The notes beneath the pieces are model-generated. The model ran no database searches, was not told the origin of the DNA, and saw only the letters and a list, made by a program, of their open reading frames with translations. A DNA stretch of 63,651 bases, counting the filler, from Octopus bimaculoides (taxonomy: Eukaryota), in NCBI RefSeq assembly GCF_001194135.2. It is 4 parts of 4 records of this genome, joined end to end, with 100 filler letters (N's around TTAATTAATTAA, not from the genome) between each part and the next. Parts side by side here need not be neighbours in the genome. Positions count along the whole stretch, not along the records: positions 25,234 to 50,824 come from NC_068991.1; positions 50,925 to 63,651 come from NC_068984.1; 2 more parts are not named here. One strand, written 5' to 3'. The position numbers and the translations under genes are program-made. Shown here one piece after another: positions 37,790 through 52,600 of this stretch. Each line of letters opens with the position of its first letter. Within the stretch, counting starts at the first letter, position 1.

Positions 37790-37900
37790 CTAGTGGTTAG
37801 GGCATTGTACGCACGATCACAACATTATAGCTTCGATCTCCGGTCTTTCCGGAGGACTCTATTCTTGAGCAAAGCACTTCACTTCACGTTGTTCCAATCC
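37790..37900 (+). mobile_element. tRNA-derived SINE head fragment
   Basis: ggcgcatggcctagtggttagggc (A-box), cttcgatctcc (B-box-like), then ttcttgagcaaagcacttcacttcacg. Confidence 0.6.
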
Positions 37901-38614
37901 ACTGCAGTGTAAATATCGAATATAACCAGCCGAAATTGCAAAGATAATCTGGAACTCGACTGAGGAAAGAAAACTCCGAATGACCTGTCCTTGTTTTCTT
38001 TGAATCGTCTATCTGGATGTTTTGTTCTCCCTTTCTTGTATCACCTAACTGTCTAGATGTTTTGCGTTCTTGCCCCATTTTGTATATATATATATATATA
38101 TATATATATNNNNNNNNNNNNNNNNNNNNNNNNNNNNNNNNNNNNNNNNNNNNNNNNNNNNNNNNNNNNNNNNNNNNNNNNNNNNNNNNNNNNNNNNNNN
38201 NNNNNNNNNNNNNNNNNNNNNNNNNNNNNNNNNNNNNNNNNNNNNNNNNNNNNNNNNNNNNNNNNNNNNNNNNNNNNNNNNATATATATATATATATATA
38301 TACACACTTATATATACATATATATATATATATGTACATATATGTGCCTGTGTGTGCGTGTATATGTGTATGTGTGTGTATGTAAGTATGTATGCATAAT
38401 GCAATATCTATGACACTGTCGAATTAAACACAATATCGTCTTTCTTGAAACAATGATTATTGTTGTTATTATTATTACAGTTGTTACTTAGTTCCAAATC
38501 GAACTTAATAGATCTAACGTGTAATAAACGATATAACAACATTAAGAAAACCAGCATTTTAGTTCTATATCTACGCTTTATTCAATGTGTTTCGCTTAAG
38601 GCTGTAGTATGCAG

Positions 38615-38980
38615 TTTGATGGAGATTTGACTGCTATTCTTAGCATGCCAGGCTAGGAATACACGTGAATAATCCCTTGTTGGCTCGTGTCGTCGAGCGT
38701 CGTTACATTCTTCCTCATCAGCTCACTGTCGTAGATGCTGTTGTTGTTGTTGCTGTTGGTAGTGATGGTGGTAGGTGTATATATAACACCGCACTATTCA
38801 GTGTTATTCGCATCAGATTGCAGTGTGTGATCTGATGGGAATTTGACTGCTATTCGTAGCATGTCAGTCTAGTAATACACGTAAATAATCCCTCGTTGGT
38901 TCGTGCTTGTCCATCGTCAACACAGATGTTTCCTTGTCAGTTCGTTGTTGTAGTTGGTGTTGTTAGTGATGGTGGTAGTA
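38615..38980 (+). repeat. Diverged tandem duplication (~165-bp units at about 38615 and 38830)
   Basis: atttgactgctattc.tagcatg.cag.ctag.aatacacgt.aataatccct.gttgg.tcgtg occurs twice, each followed by GTT/GGT-rich sequence. Confidence 0.8.
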
Positions 38981-40827
38981 ATGTGTCTCTTACTGGAACG
39001 TACAGGCGTTAGTTTATGAACCTCATTACAATATAACTCTTCACTGTAAACCAGAGTTAATAATTTGGTTTTCTTTTACATGAAACGCTTCTCAGGTGTC
39101 TTAGATGCTGTCATGAAAGCACTATGGTGACATGGATTAGTCGCTTACGTAATAATAATCACGTAGCTCTAATTTATAGCTTGGGCTACTTTCATAATCG
39201 TTGTGAATGTGAGAGAGACAACTTGTTTACGATTTTGCAAAGATTCTTTTAACTTCCTGACATCAATTGGATGCCACCATTATGTGATGTTCGACGTTTT
39301 ATTTTCCTGTGGAAATGTAGATATAGTGTTGGCACGGATAAGTCTGTAACCCAACAAACATTTGCTTTCATTCATTGTATTAATATGCCACATTTAATAA
39401 GCATACGTTTACATTCGATAATTCCGTAGTAAATTTGACTTCAATACTTCGATCATGCAAAGGTTATGTGATATTTAATAAATGATTTTTTTTCCCTCTA
39501 AAGAATATGCTAGTAATGAAATAGTATTTCTTGACATGCAATGCTAAAGAGTGTTGGCCATTAGGATTTTGCGTTTAACCGTTACAGTTTGCGTTGCAAA
39601 CAAGCAAACAAGCAAAAGGATATTTTTCATGATATTGTCATAGATTCGCATGTTTGCAAGTTATTCATATATATGAACGGTTTAATGGCATCCATCTTTT
39701 ACTTCCCTTAAGTAGCTACATATAAGTAATTTAGACCGTCACTTAAAACTGTAAGTATCAGTTTGTAAACCTCCCAGTTTAACACTACAACTTGGTTTTT
39801 GGCTGTTTTGATGGAATTTATTCTGTTGCAAACATTGGGAGCTGAAGCTGTGTCTCCTCTCCATTCGCATATTTTCCTGAACATATTAACTTGCAAATAT
39901 TAGAAATATCAGGTGAATCAGTCTGTGAGGCTGTGAAACTGGTGCACTTAGCAATTTCTCTCATCTTTCACATGAGTAATTTGTACAAAAATAATCCTTT
40001 AATAAACGTACTCTATTAATTTTGATCAGATGTCTCCCGGCCGTAGAGACTCCATCTCGTATGTTACACGTAGAGTGAACCTAGGGATACAATATCTAAA
40101 GAATTCTTACATTTTACGCAGATTAGATGCAATCTAAGGAAGATATTACGGTCAATTCTATCGGGTAACTCATCAACGCAGAGGCTTCCTCTCTTGTCTC
40201 TTTCTGAAGAAAAACAAAAAGCCTCAAAGAAACACCTAAATATGTCACCAAAAATATAATTATAACAATATCCAAGAAGAACATTGCGATTGTATTCTAA
40301 GGATATGATATCTCCCACAGAAACCATAAAAATCTCAGACTCATAAACAGCAGAACGCAACACCAATTCTATTGGATGACGTCATAATCTCACTGTTGCG
40401 ACTGAACCTAACAGTATACATCCTTTATTGAGCCAACTGTCCGTACTTAGTAAATCTGTATATTATAAGTTTCACTGGGATCTTATACAAATGCATGTGA
40501 TATTCTTTGCTAATATGTACACGCTGCAGATCACTAAAGAAACAATATTCATGTTTTGCTTCCTTATGTGCAGAAGTTTAAGAATAATTCTATTGATTTT
40601 TGCAGCTTAAAGGGACTTCTATTTATTGTTTATTATTGAGAGGTAAGTTGGAAAAGAATAGTTGTAGCATTAATAAAGAAGCCGAAGGAGAAAACTGAAA
40701 TACAAAAGCCCCAACTATACATACCACAAATGCATACATACATACATACATACATACACACATGCATACATACATACATACATAATACATACATACATAC
40801 AATACATACATACATACATACATACAT

Positions 40828-40930
<103 letters not shown>

Positions 40931-42419
40931 CATATATGTATATATATATATATATAATATGAATGTAAATTTATTTATATGCATATATATTCATCTATAT
41001 GTGTATATATATGTAACCATGTGTCTGCGTGTATACAAAATTGAATATCTATGTATGTAAGTATGATACATAAGAATATATACAGGAAACAGCTTTTCTT
41101 TCAAACAAGTTATATGGAAGACACGATTGTGTTCGTGTTTAAACAGTTTTATTAAAGATGTTTTCTGTATCCTCTACGTTATTCACTTTCACCCATCCTT
41201 ACACTAATACATACATATCAATATGTATATTCATCCATCCATCCATCTATACATACACACACACACGTATATATATATATATATAAACACACGCACACAC
41301 ACATATACATATATATATATGTGTGTGTGTAGACACATAGATGTGTGTGAGCGTGTATATGCGTTCGCCTTATTGTCCACCAGCATTACAATCTCTGTGC
41401 GTGTATGTATTTGTGAATACCATAAATATACAAGAATGTATTATCTGTGCGTCTGTTTGACGAATACGACCCTATGTATATATANNNNNNNNNNTATATA
41501 TACATAAATAGATACATACATATGATGTAATATAATATATATATATACATATATATGTGTGTGTGTATGTGTCGATGCATATTGTTATTTGTGGAAGTAT
41601 GTAAGGATAAATCAGGACTTAATTCAAAAATCTATTACATGAAATACAAAACATTGAATGTTATTGAAATACTTTCTTTCAGTCTTAGAAATAGTTCGGA
41701 AAACACGGGAGATTTATTGTCTTCTGAAAAATTTTATATTTAGTTTTATATTTACATAGTTCTTAAGGAATGCTTAATCCCGAAATATCGTTCCATGTTA
41801 GCAACATGAATTGCACACGTATACGTATACATTTACAAACACATATACGTAATACATACGTACATGAATACATGTGCACATATGTATACGCATATATAGA
41901 CGTGTGTATGTATGTATATTTATATATATGCGTATACATAAATATACATACACTCACACACGACTGTGTGAGTATGTGTGTTGATGCTGCTCACTTGCAA
42001 TACGTCCCTGTCTTTAACTCTTTTCTTCTCATGCTTTGTGTATTTATACTTACAGAAACGTAGGCAAACGCACTCACGCATTCACACACACACACGCACA
42101 CACACTCACACACACACACATATGCACACACACAGATGCACACACACACAGATGCACACACACACATAAGCGCGCGCAGATACACACATGTATAAATTGG
42201 TGTGTATGTTTTCTTGCGTGTGTCCTTGTGCTGGTGCGCTTGTTGGAGGCTTACGGAACAAGAATACTGAAAACGTCTCTATTTATTCCTTTGAAGTTGA
42301 TGCTATATATATATGAATATACAAATTTATATATATATATCTACACACACATGCAGACTCACATATCTACACAGACACACGCACACACACATACACAGAA
42401 ACACACACACACAGAGACT

Positions 42420-42453
<34 letters not shown>

Positions 42454-42792
42454 AATGAATTTATAGACATGCGCATGTACACGTCGAAGAAAGGCAGAAA
42501 TTAAAAATGTTTTAAAACTATAATTTGCCACATACGTTTCTTTCGTCAGCAATTTTGTTGTTGTTGCGGAAATGCATGCTATCAGTTAATTAGTCTTGTT
42601 CATTGTAGTTAATCGATTTATATTAAGTATGCTCTCCCGTCATCAGTGAAGCTACTCTAAACTGCTGTTTCGTAATTATGACATAACCTCTAGAGTCGGA
42701 AATAATTTTAATAAATCGAGAATTCATATTGAATGTTATTTGATATACCGGTATTAGTCTATTAGTATTTGATATACCGGTATTAGTCTATA

Positions 42793-43228
42793 GGTAGTGG
42801 GTAGCGATTTTCTTCACTACTTCAGGGAGTGACGACCCTGCCTGACAAGAGTCCTGGGCTCAGCTGGCTCCGGCTGACAGTACCCGGTATGGGCCTCTAT
42901 CCAGGGTTACAGAAAGGAGACAATCTTCAAAGAAATCCGGAGTGGAGCCCCCGTAGGTAGTTTAGTGTTCGACTCGACACTTCCAGCAGCTCCTGCAACC
43001 AAGCTGGTGCCATACGTAATGCTATGCACTCCTTTGGACTACGTCAGCAAGGTCGAGAGAGGAATCCTAACGATTGGGCTACCCAGGATTTCCTTACATC
43101 TAGCCCAGGCCTGCGCACAACTGGAGAGGAAACTGGAGAGGAAACTGGAGAGGACATGAAGTGTAAAAACCAGACTGGATTAGTTAATGCACAACTCCAT
43201 TGTCTCCCGAGATAAAAGGATGCCAACA
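42793..43228 (+). mobile_element. Probable 5' region of an RTE-clade LINE
   Basis: GC-balanced block with aaatccggagtggagcccc..cagctcctgcaaccaagctggtgcc, recalled from RTE 5' UTRs; no RT is present. Confidence 0.4.
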
Positions 43229-43371
43229 TTTAGTCTATGTGTAAATACATTTGAGATTTTTTATTAGGTGAATTAGTGTTTAAATTATGCAGATAACCTA
43301 GGTCAGAGATGTTTTGTACTTTTTTTCTGTAATTCTACCTCCCTCAGTTACTGGAATATGGTCGGACAAAT

Positions 43372-43413
43372 CTACTGATGACGAGTATTGAGCTAGAAAC
43401 AGATGTTCATTAG
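43372..43413 (+). ncRNA. Weak minimal hammerhead-like remnant
   Basis: CTGATGA cg ag tattgag ct a GAAA cagatg TT: intact cores and ACAGATGT close to ACAGCTGT, but poor stems I and II. Confidence 0.3.
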
Positions 43414-43606
43414 TGTCCTCTTACCTCCCGGAAATAAACTTATTCTTTACTTTGATGCAGCCCTGGAAAAATCTAAAATCTTGTGATTATCTAACCTTCT
43501 CCAGTGGAATTGGTTTTAATTGCTAGTTGGTAATTAAGGTACACTCTTTAAAGCCTGGATAATTTTAGCAATAAATCAAGAATTTATGTTGTATGGTATT
43601 TGATAC

Positions 43607-43668
<62 letters not shown>

Positions 43669-43826
43669 NNNNNNNNNNATATATATATATATATATATAT
43701 ATAATGTACGTTTATGTACATGGTGCACCAGCATGACCGCAGCCACTTGGCTGAAACACATAAATAAATAAATATATATATGTACATGTATGTATATATA
43801 TATTGAGATAAATAGATAGATAGATG

Positions 43827-43866
<40 letters not shown>

Positions 43867-44475
43867 TATAGATAGATAGATAGATACACACACACATATA
43901 CAGCTACATGACTACAATTACAGATGTTAGTCGTTCCGTGATACAAATCATTTCAAAGTCACTCAAAGGTCAAATCAATTCAGCTGATTATTACTATCAG
44001 CCTTGCTTAAATATTAAACCGAACGAATGTTTCACAAATTAATCGTTCAGTGAAATAGGTTTGTATGTCAAACACGTCTAGCGCTAGAGAGAAACGGTTG
44101 AGCTCAACTGTTTCTTTCTGCCTCATATAACTGATAACTGTCATAGTATATATGGTTGTTCAGTTGTTAACTTAAAAATTATTCATCTCTTCAGCTACAA
44201 TGATTTGTTTTTACCCCCAAATAGTTCCTTTTATCCTTTTCAGTTATTTGACTGTGATCATGTTAAGCTTAAAGATTTTAACCAATTGTGTCTACCGCAC
44301 TATTTTGTCAACTAATTTATTTTATTGTGCAAAATTCGGACGCAACTAGATATCCAAAGATATTTTTGCGCGATGCGTAAATTATGTTACTTGACCTTAG
44401 GCCAGCAATCATAACCTAAAAGCGCGATGAATTAGTGAAACTTTTTGATATTTTCTTAATATCACTCAGCGTGAA

Positions 44476-44599
44476 GGCGGCGAGCGGGCAGAAACGTTAG
44501 CACGCCGGGCGAAATGCTTAGCTGTATTTCGTCTTCTTTAGGTTCTGAGTTCAAATTCCGCCGAGGTCGACTTTGCCTTTCATCCTGTCGGAGTCGATA
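44476..44599 (+). mobile_element. SINE family B 5' part (cut by gap)
   Basis: ggcggcgagcgggcagaaacgttagcacgccgggcgaaatgc..ccgaggtcgactttgcctttcatcc. Confidence 0.85.
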
Positions 44600-45727
44600 N
44601 NNNNNNNNNNNNNNNNNNNNNNNNNNNNNNNNNNNNNNNNNNNNNNNNNNNNNNNNNNNNNNNNNNNNNNNNNNNNNNNNNNNNNNNNNNNNNNNNNNNN
44701 NNNNNNNNNNNNNNNNNNNNNNNNNNNNNNNNNNNNNNNNNNNNNNNNNNNNNNNNNNNNNNNNNNNNNNNNNNNNNNNNNNNNNNNNNNNNNNNNNNNN
44801 NNNNNNNNNNNNNNNNNNNNNNNNNNNNNNNNNNNNNNNNNNNNNNNNNNNNNNNNNNNNNNNNNNNNNNNNNNNNNNNNNATATATATATATATAAAGA
44901 TGGAACAAAAACGCAAGAGAGGGCATTAAACGTTCGGACAGATAAACAAGAATTAGAAGGACAGGCAAAAAAAGATGGGTCATTTTTGGCTGTCTTTCTT
45001 CAGTCAAGTACCAGAAGTCATGACCATTTCGGACAGTTACACTTGAGATGGTTTGATCTAGTCTTCTCCAAAAAAATGTCTAAGTTAAGAGCATTAGACC
45101 CCTATGTAAGAAAGCTAGCGAATGTATACGGCAACAAAGACAAGAAACAAACAGATTTACGAATACAAACAACAAGAAATAACAACGGGCGTCTCTCGAC
45201 TAAGAACGATTCAAATTGAGCTGGCGTGTAAGGAGTGAAAGCCTAAAGGCAGGAACATGGGAGATGGAAACAATACCTGTTGACGGTCGGCGATCTGCCG
45301 AAGAGAAAAAGATCATGGCTGGCTAGACACCGGTCACGTGGAAAGAGGAGAAATGGGTAGAGTACAGCGGGATTGAAGGATTGGAAATAAATCAGAGGCA
45401 AAGAGAAAGGTGCAGAGGAGATAAACGAGTGGGAAATAGTAGGAGTTAAAGAAAGTGGGCGAAGAAATGTGAGAGAGGGGGAGCGAGAGAAAAGAAGAAA
45501 GATGAGAGGGATATATATTTATGTAATATATATGTGTGAGTCTGTGCGTATGACCTTAAATGATTGGTTGCATGAGATTATTTTATATTGTTTGCGCATC
45601 AGCGTTCGGCTTCTGACGTCTTCCTCTTGAACATTTCACACAGCAATGCTCACTGACATTAAAATACACAAAGAAATTCTTCGATCGATATTAATCTACA
45701 GTTAATTAAATTATCATTCGAGTAATA

Positions 45728-45948
45728 ATAATATTGTTTTCATATTTTGGTACAAGGCCAGTAAGTTCGTGGGAGGGACTAAGTCGATGACATCGACCAC
45801 AGTACTCAGCTGGCATTTACTTCATCGACCCTGAAAGGATGAAAAGCAAAGTGGACCTCAGCAGAGTTTAAACTCAGAACGCAAATGCGGACGAAATGCA
45901 AGCTAAGCATTTTACCCTGCGAGTTAACGATTCTGCCGGCTCGTCACC
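45728..45948 (-). mobile_element. SINE family B (alternative tail)
   Basis: Reverse complement of family B head and body. Confidence 0.75.
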
Positions 45949-45991
45949 TGTCAAGCAATAATAATATAAAAAGCAAGAATTTCGAACTCTT

Positions 45992-46100
<109 letters not shown>

Positions 46101-46330
46101 ACAATGTCTATGTGGGAAATCAGTCTGTTAAAATAGCAATCAAACGCTCACTCGAAGGTACATATTGGATAATGGAGCTTGATGCATAATATCCGATAAA
46201 GGAGGTGATGATCATGGCTGGAACGCCTCTGGTCACTCATAGGTCTACTTAGTCATGTGTCATCTGGGTTTAAACAACAATAACACTAATTATATTGTGG
46301 TTTAAGTAACGTAATGTATTGAAATAGTGA

Positions 46331-46468
46331 ATAATATCCTTTTCTACTCTAGGCAAAAGGCCCGAAATTTTGGGGGAGGGGGTCAGTCTATTAGATCGGC
46401 TCCAGTACGCAACTGGTACTTAATGTATCGACTCCAAAAGGATGAAATGCAAAGTCAACCTCAGAAAT
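46331..46468 (-). mobile_element. SINE family B 3' part (alternative tail)
   Basis: Reverse complement of ..ttgactttgcatttcatcc..gtaccagttgcgtactgg..cctagagtagaaaagg. Confidence 0.75.
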
Positions 46469-47393
46469 AATATTTTCATAATATTTAGTGAGATTAAAAA
46501 TTTGAATTCAAAATTTATGGAATAAGGTAGATGCACAGAGTATATATATTTATTTGCTTACGTATTACGAATTTCTTGAAATTTCATCTGTTTGGTAATT
46601 AATTACTCAGAAAAAAATACAATAGTCAAGACTGAAAAGCTTTTGAACAAAGGTCTGATCTTTTCACTTTGACTCTTCCATAAACTGTTTAAAATATCAA
46701 CAACCTTCAGTAACAATGACAAGAATCACTTTCGGAACGTGTAATCACAGTGCAGCTAGTACAGCAGCAATTTTATTATGACAAAAGAGCAGAAGAATAA
46801 TGCAAATAATGCAATAGAACAAACAGTAGTCAAGCACAATAGTGCATTAATAGAATAGTGAAAACTGTGGAATAGCAGAATAGAAACACATAGATACAAA
46901 CAGTACACTTGTACAATAGAGCTGTGCATAAAAAGGATAATGTAAACAGTAGAATAGAAGAGAATAGAAGAGAATAGATTGGAATAGAGGATCAAAATGA
47001 CATACACCGTCTCTGTTGTGAGGACGAAAGCAAACACTCATGTGCACAAATACAAGGCCTCAAAAAGCATGGAACAACGCAATTTCAATAAATGAAAATA
47101 TAGATTTTAAACTTTCAAATATGATTTTAATCGACAGGTATAGGCTTTTGATTGAGTATAACAAAAGCTTTGACGACGTTTCTACGATGTTTGAAATGTT
47201 TCCCCGAAGCTATCAAAGAATCTTGCTGGCGTTTGAAGAATTAGGCTAGTAGGTTAGAATATTTGTCATTTTAGTGGGAAAATTAAGAATGAATAAATTA
47301 TATAAATGAAAGCAAAAACAAGTTTTAAAAATCTAATGAAACGAGAAATAGAACAAATACCATTATATGAATTTGAAACAAATAAATACGAAG

Positions 47394-47456
<63 letters not shown>

Positions 47457-47584
47457 CGCCCGCAAACGTAGACACATAGACACACACATACATACATGCA
47501 GGGCCACTCACACACGCGCACACAAAATTAGTACTAAACCAATATAAATCGAAATTATAATCGTTCAACTGAGAAGATAAAATA

Positions 47585-47592
47585 TATTGCAG

Positions 47593-47650
<58 letters not shown>

Positions 47651-47696
47651 TAATAATAATGATAATAATAATAATGATAATAATAATAATAATAAT
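47585..47696 (+). repeat. (AAT)n microsatellite; one of dozens of (TA)n, (CA)n, (GA)n, (TACA)n, (TATC)n and (ATT)n arrays in the window
   Basis: Directly visible; most assembly gaps are flanked by (TA)n. Confidence 0.95.
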
Positions 47697-48253
47697 CACA
47701 AAGACAATGACATTTTAAATAAATGAAAAAAAAAAGCGGAGATGAAATTTAACAAAAAAAAAAGACAACAAAATAAAAATAATTTCCTTGAAATACATAC
47801 AAATCGATATTGAAATGCATGTTTCTTGTACAATGTCAGAAAATGAAGAAATAATTGAATTAAACAAAAAATAGAAGTAAAATGCGATGAAGATGTAATA
47901 AACAAAAACATCTGAAACGATGAGAGAACTTAATGATAAAAAAGGGGTTTTACTTTTTAGAAACACAAGTCAAATACAATTATTCCCTTATGTTTACTTC
48001 GAATGAAATTTTTTTGTCATTCTTCTTTCGACGTTTTCTTTCTTTGAATTCTTTCTTTCTTTCGTTATCTCGTTCTTTCTTACTTACGTAAATTCTATCT
48101 CATACTTTCTCTTATTCGTTATCCTTCTCCCTATCTCTCAACCAACCAATCAATCAATTAGTCGTTCACTAAAATCATCTATCTATCTATCTATCTATCC
48201 ATCTATCAATGTCTGGTGTGTGTGAGTGCGCGCTGTATATGTGTGTGCATATA

Positions 48254-48302
<49 letters not shown>

Positions 48303-49244
48303 NNNNNNNNNNNNNNNNNNNNNNNNNNNNNNNNNNNNNNNNNNNNNNNNNNNNNNNNNNNNNNNNNNNNNNNNNNNNNNNNNNNNNNNNNNNNNNNNNN
48401 NNNNNNNNNNNNNNNNNNNNNNNNNNNNNNNNNNNNNNNNNNNNNNNNNNNNNNNNNNNNNNNNNNNNNNNNNNNNNNNNNNNNNNNNNNNNNNNNNNNN
48501 NNNNNNNNNNNNNNNNNNNNNNNNNNNNNNNNNNNNNNNNNNNNNNNNNNNNNNNNNNNNNNNNNNNNNNNNNNNNNNNNNNNNNNNNNNNNNNNNNNNN
48601 NNNNNNNNNNNNNNNNNNNNNNNNNNNNNNNNNNNNNNNNNNNNNNNNNNNNNNNNNNNNNNNNNNNNNNNNNNNNNNNNNNNNNNNNNNNNNNNNNNNN
48701 NNNNNNNNNNNNNNNNNNNNNNNNNNNNNNNNNNNNNNNNNNNNNNNNNNNNNNNNNNNNNNNNNNNNNNNNNNNNNNNNNNNNNNNNNNNNNNNNNNNN
48801 NNNNNNNNNNNNNNNNNNNNNNNNNNNNNNNNNNNNNNNNNNNNNNNNNNNNNNNNNNNNNNNNNNNNNNNNNNNNNNNNNNNNNNNNNNNNNNNNNNNN
48901 NNNNNNNNNNNNNNNNNNNNNNNNNNNNNNNNNNNNNNNNNNNNNNNNNNNNNNNNNNNNNNNNNNNNNNNNNNNNNNNNNNNNNNNNNNNNNNNNNNNN
49001 NNNNNNNNNNNNNNNNNNNNNNNNNNNNNNNNNNNNNNNNNNNNNNNNNNNNNNNNNNNNNNNNNNNNNNNNNNNNNNNNNNNNNNNNNNNNNNNNNNNN
49101 NNNNNNNNNNNNNNNNNNNNNNNNNNNNNNNNNNNNNNNNNNNNNNNNNNNNNNNNNNNNNNNNNNNNNNNNNNNNNNNNNNNNNNNNNNNNNNNNNNNN
49201 NNNNNNNNNNNNNNNNNNNNNNNNNNNNNNNNNNNNNNNNNNNN

Positions 49245-49312
49245 GTAGCAGCAGACGAAATACCGCTAATCATTTCGCCCGGTTTGCTAACGTTTCTGCC
49301 AGCTCGCCGCCA
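49245..49312 (-). mobile_element. SINE family B head (cut by gap)
   Basis: rc ggcggcgagctggcagaaacgttagcaaaccgggcgaaatg. Confidence 0.8.
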
Positions 49313-49389
49313 TATAATATATATATATGTGTGTGGGTGGGTGTGTGTGTGTGTGTGTGCGTGTGTGTGTGTGTGTATGCATATGTTTG

Positions 49390-49610
49390 TGTATCTGTGT
49401 TTATCGCCCCCACTATCGCTTGTTAACCAATGTTGGTGTGTTTACGTCCCCGTAACTTACAGGTTCGGCAAAAGAGAGTAATAGAATAAGTACTAGGCTT
49501 ACAAAGAATAAGTCCTGGGGGCGATTCGTTCGGCAAAAGGCGGTGCTCCACCATGGCTGCAGTGAACTTACTGAAACAAGTAAAAGAATAAAATAATAAA
49601 AGAATATAGA
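49390..49610 (+). mobile_element. SINE family A 3' half
   Basis: gtttacgtccccgtaacttacaggttcggcaaaagag..aagaataagtcctgggg..gaaacaagtaaaagaataaa. Confidence 0.85.
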
Positions 49611-52600
49611 TAGGTAAAGCTGCTAATATACGCATACGTGTGTGTCTGTGTCTGTGTGTGTAAGTGTGTGTAACTGAGTGTGCGTATGCCTTTGAATATC
49701 TGTCTGGTAGGGAGAGTGTGCGACTGTGAGCGATTGTAGCTGTGATTGTGTATTTTATGATCAAAGATGTAAAAGTATATGAAACGATATCTTACATGGT
49801 ACAAGCTTTATCTGAGATAGAATTCAATGTTATGGTTGGAGTGGATAGATATGTTTATTATATATTATGTTACGTCCAGACTGGACTGTTCAGGCCGAAG
49901 AGCTCAGCCGGAAGCTAAACTCAGTATAGACTGTTAACTTTTAATAAGTTAGCATACAGCCAGGTATACAGGCATACATACGTATACGTAACACAGTGCC
50001 TGATGCCAGTCTTGAGAAATTAGGCTTCTGAAAACCAGGAAGGAGAAAGCTGATTCGAAGACTACAGATCTAAGCCATACATAAAACAAAACATAAAAAT
50101 CTGCACACATACATACATACATACATACATACATGCATACATACATGCATACATACATATATACACACATACAAAAATACCCTGTTCATGTTGAAATTCC
50201 ATCTCTTTTTCTATTGACAAGAAATCTTGAAATAAAACTAAATAACATACATATATACATTCAGACATACATACATACATGCGTACACACATGCACACAC
50301 ATACATGTATATGTGTGTGTGTGTGTCTGCCTGTGTGGGTGGGCGTCTATTGTTGTTACATGTGCATCGCCGTGACACGCCAGCAAGTAGTTCTTACAAA
50401 ATTTATATATAGTCATAGGCAGGCAATTCGATTCTTGTACGTAATATTGATACGTTACAAAAATGACAAAATATCAGTATCCATCACTCCTGAATTCCTT
50501 TGTATCATAAAATCCATCATTTTTTTATAATATAATTATTCATTTATATTTATATAAGGGCATTACTACAGAATAATGCCACACGCTAGACTTCCCAAAT
50601 AAACACATTTTTTAACGAATGTGAGGAAAAAGCAACACTTAAAAAAAAACTTTAAAAAAAATGAACTCAATGATTTCAAGATTACCAGAATAAAATCTAG
50701 CTTTCGCTCATCAGTATAGTACGGTACAGACATATAAAATTAAAACAAAATCCTCACCTTACCAAAACGAACACCTTATGTATCCGACGTAGCAAACGGA
50801 ATAATGTTTATCCCTATACATCTANNNNNNNNNNNNNNNNNNNNNNNNNNNNNNNNNNNNNNNNNNNNTTAATTAATTAANNNNNNNNNNNNNNNNNNNN
50901 NNNNNNNNNNNNNNNNNNNNNNNNTATATATATACATGTGCGTGTGTGTATGTGTATGTGTGTGTGTTTGTGTGTGCATGTGTGTGTGAATGTGTGTGTG
51001 TGCATGTGTATGCGTTTGTGTGTGCGTATAGGTGCATTTGTGTGCTTGTGTATGTGTGTGTGTTTGTGTGTGCGTAAAGGTGTATTTGTGTGCCTGTGTG
51101 TATGTGTATGTGTGTGTGTGTTGTGTGTGCGTATAGGTGTATTTGTGTGCGTGTATGTGTGAATGTGTGTGTGCATGTGTGTGCATGTGTGTATGTGTGT
51201 GTGTGTGTGTTTGTGTGTGCGTATAGGTGTATTTGTGTGCGTGTGTGTGTGTGTGTGTATGTGTGTGCGCGCGCGCGCGTATCACGAAAGGCACGTAAGT
51301 TAATTGGTCCTGCCTCGAGTGCGTTGCAAACGAACAAGTAAACCGTTCTCCACAAACTTGGTTCAAAGTTCGAATATTGATGACTTACAGAGCTATGGTC
51401 GAACAACTGAAATCTCGTGCCAGACAGTCAACCAAACGGCTGCCAGACAAGTTAGCCACCAATAACTAACAACAATAACATCGAGGAGAACCTGCAAAAG
51501 AAAAATTTCCTTAGCAAAAATGGCCAAACCATCGTTGACATACCTGTACACTTAAAGCTTAATATCCATATACAGATCAAATACATTTCTTGCCGCCTCC
51601 ATACCTAAAGAACCATCTTTTGAATTCATGCAGCATCCAGTGTCTTATATGAACGTAATCTTAACTCATTTTAAAAGTCAAAATCGATATAAATTTCACA
51701 AGTATGATATAAAGTAATCTACAAAGAAAGATAAAAACATTAGAAGGTAAAAAAATTAATGTTTGTTTTACCTGTAAATATTTAAAACGTACCTTCAAAG
51801 TTATCAAGTTTAAAACTCGACAGGACTTGCTTCCCAACCTAATATGTACAATACGGTGTTTTGTTATATACATTTATAAGTCATGAAGTTAAACACATAT
51901 TTGTCAACCTATTTTTAATTATTCTTATTTATAAGGTTAGTATCCTTTTCAGCCCCCATATTTAGGTTAGATCTATTTTTAAATTTCTATATTTGGATAA
52001 TTTATCCTTTTCTTTACATTATTACTTATTGGGGCTTTTTGTTATCAAGATATCTGTTGAAATACACTGCCTTTGAATCAAATTAATCTGTAAGATAGTG
52101 AAGGATTAAATAAAATAATCTTGTCATTATTAAGCTGATGTTTGGAACGTATATAAACACGAAACTTTGATGTAAAGATTTAGTTTAATTCACTGTAAGA
52201 CTTGAGGTTTCAAACATAGAACCGGGAGTGTTCAAAGGAGGGTTGGTATGGAAAAAATTAAGCTCCTATAGTATTTTCGATTGTCATTTTCTAAAGCAAG
52301 AAGTGGTTGATATTAGTACCAGAGATGATTTTATTTACTCTATGTACCCAGACCTTGTGGACACCCTGTAGAATATGGAATATATAGTATATACAGTAAA
52401 ATGAATGAAGTATTGACTGTCTTATTGAATAAATGAAATATTGAATATTAAATATTTAAGGACTAGTATACTTTCCTGCTTAATAGCAGTCTTCAAGGTT
52501 CCGTTTATCTTCAAGGTTCGTTTATCCCCTCACTCATATATNNNNNNNNNNNNNNNNNNNNNNNNNNNNNNNNNNNNNNNNNNNNNNNNNNNNNNNNNNN

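Noticed and set aside
40064-40440. Possible coding remnant
   Set aside because: No recognisable motif in any frame and multiple stops.
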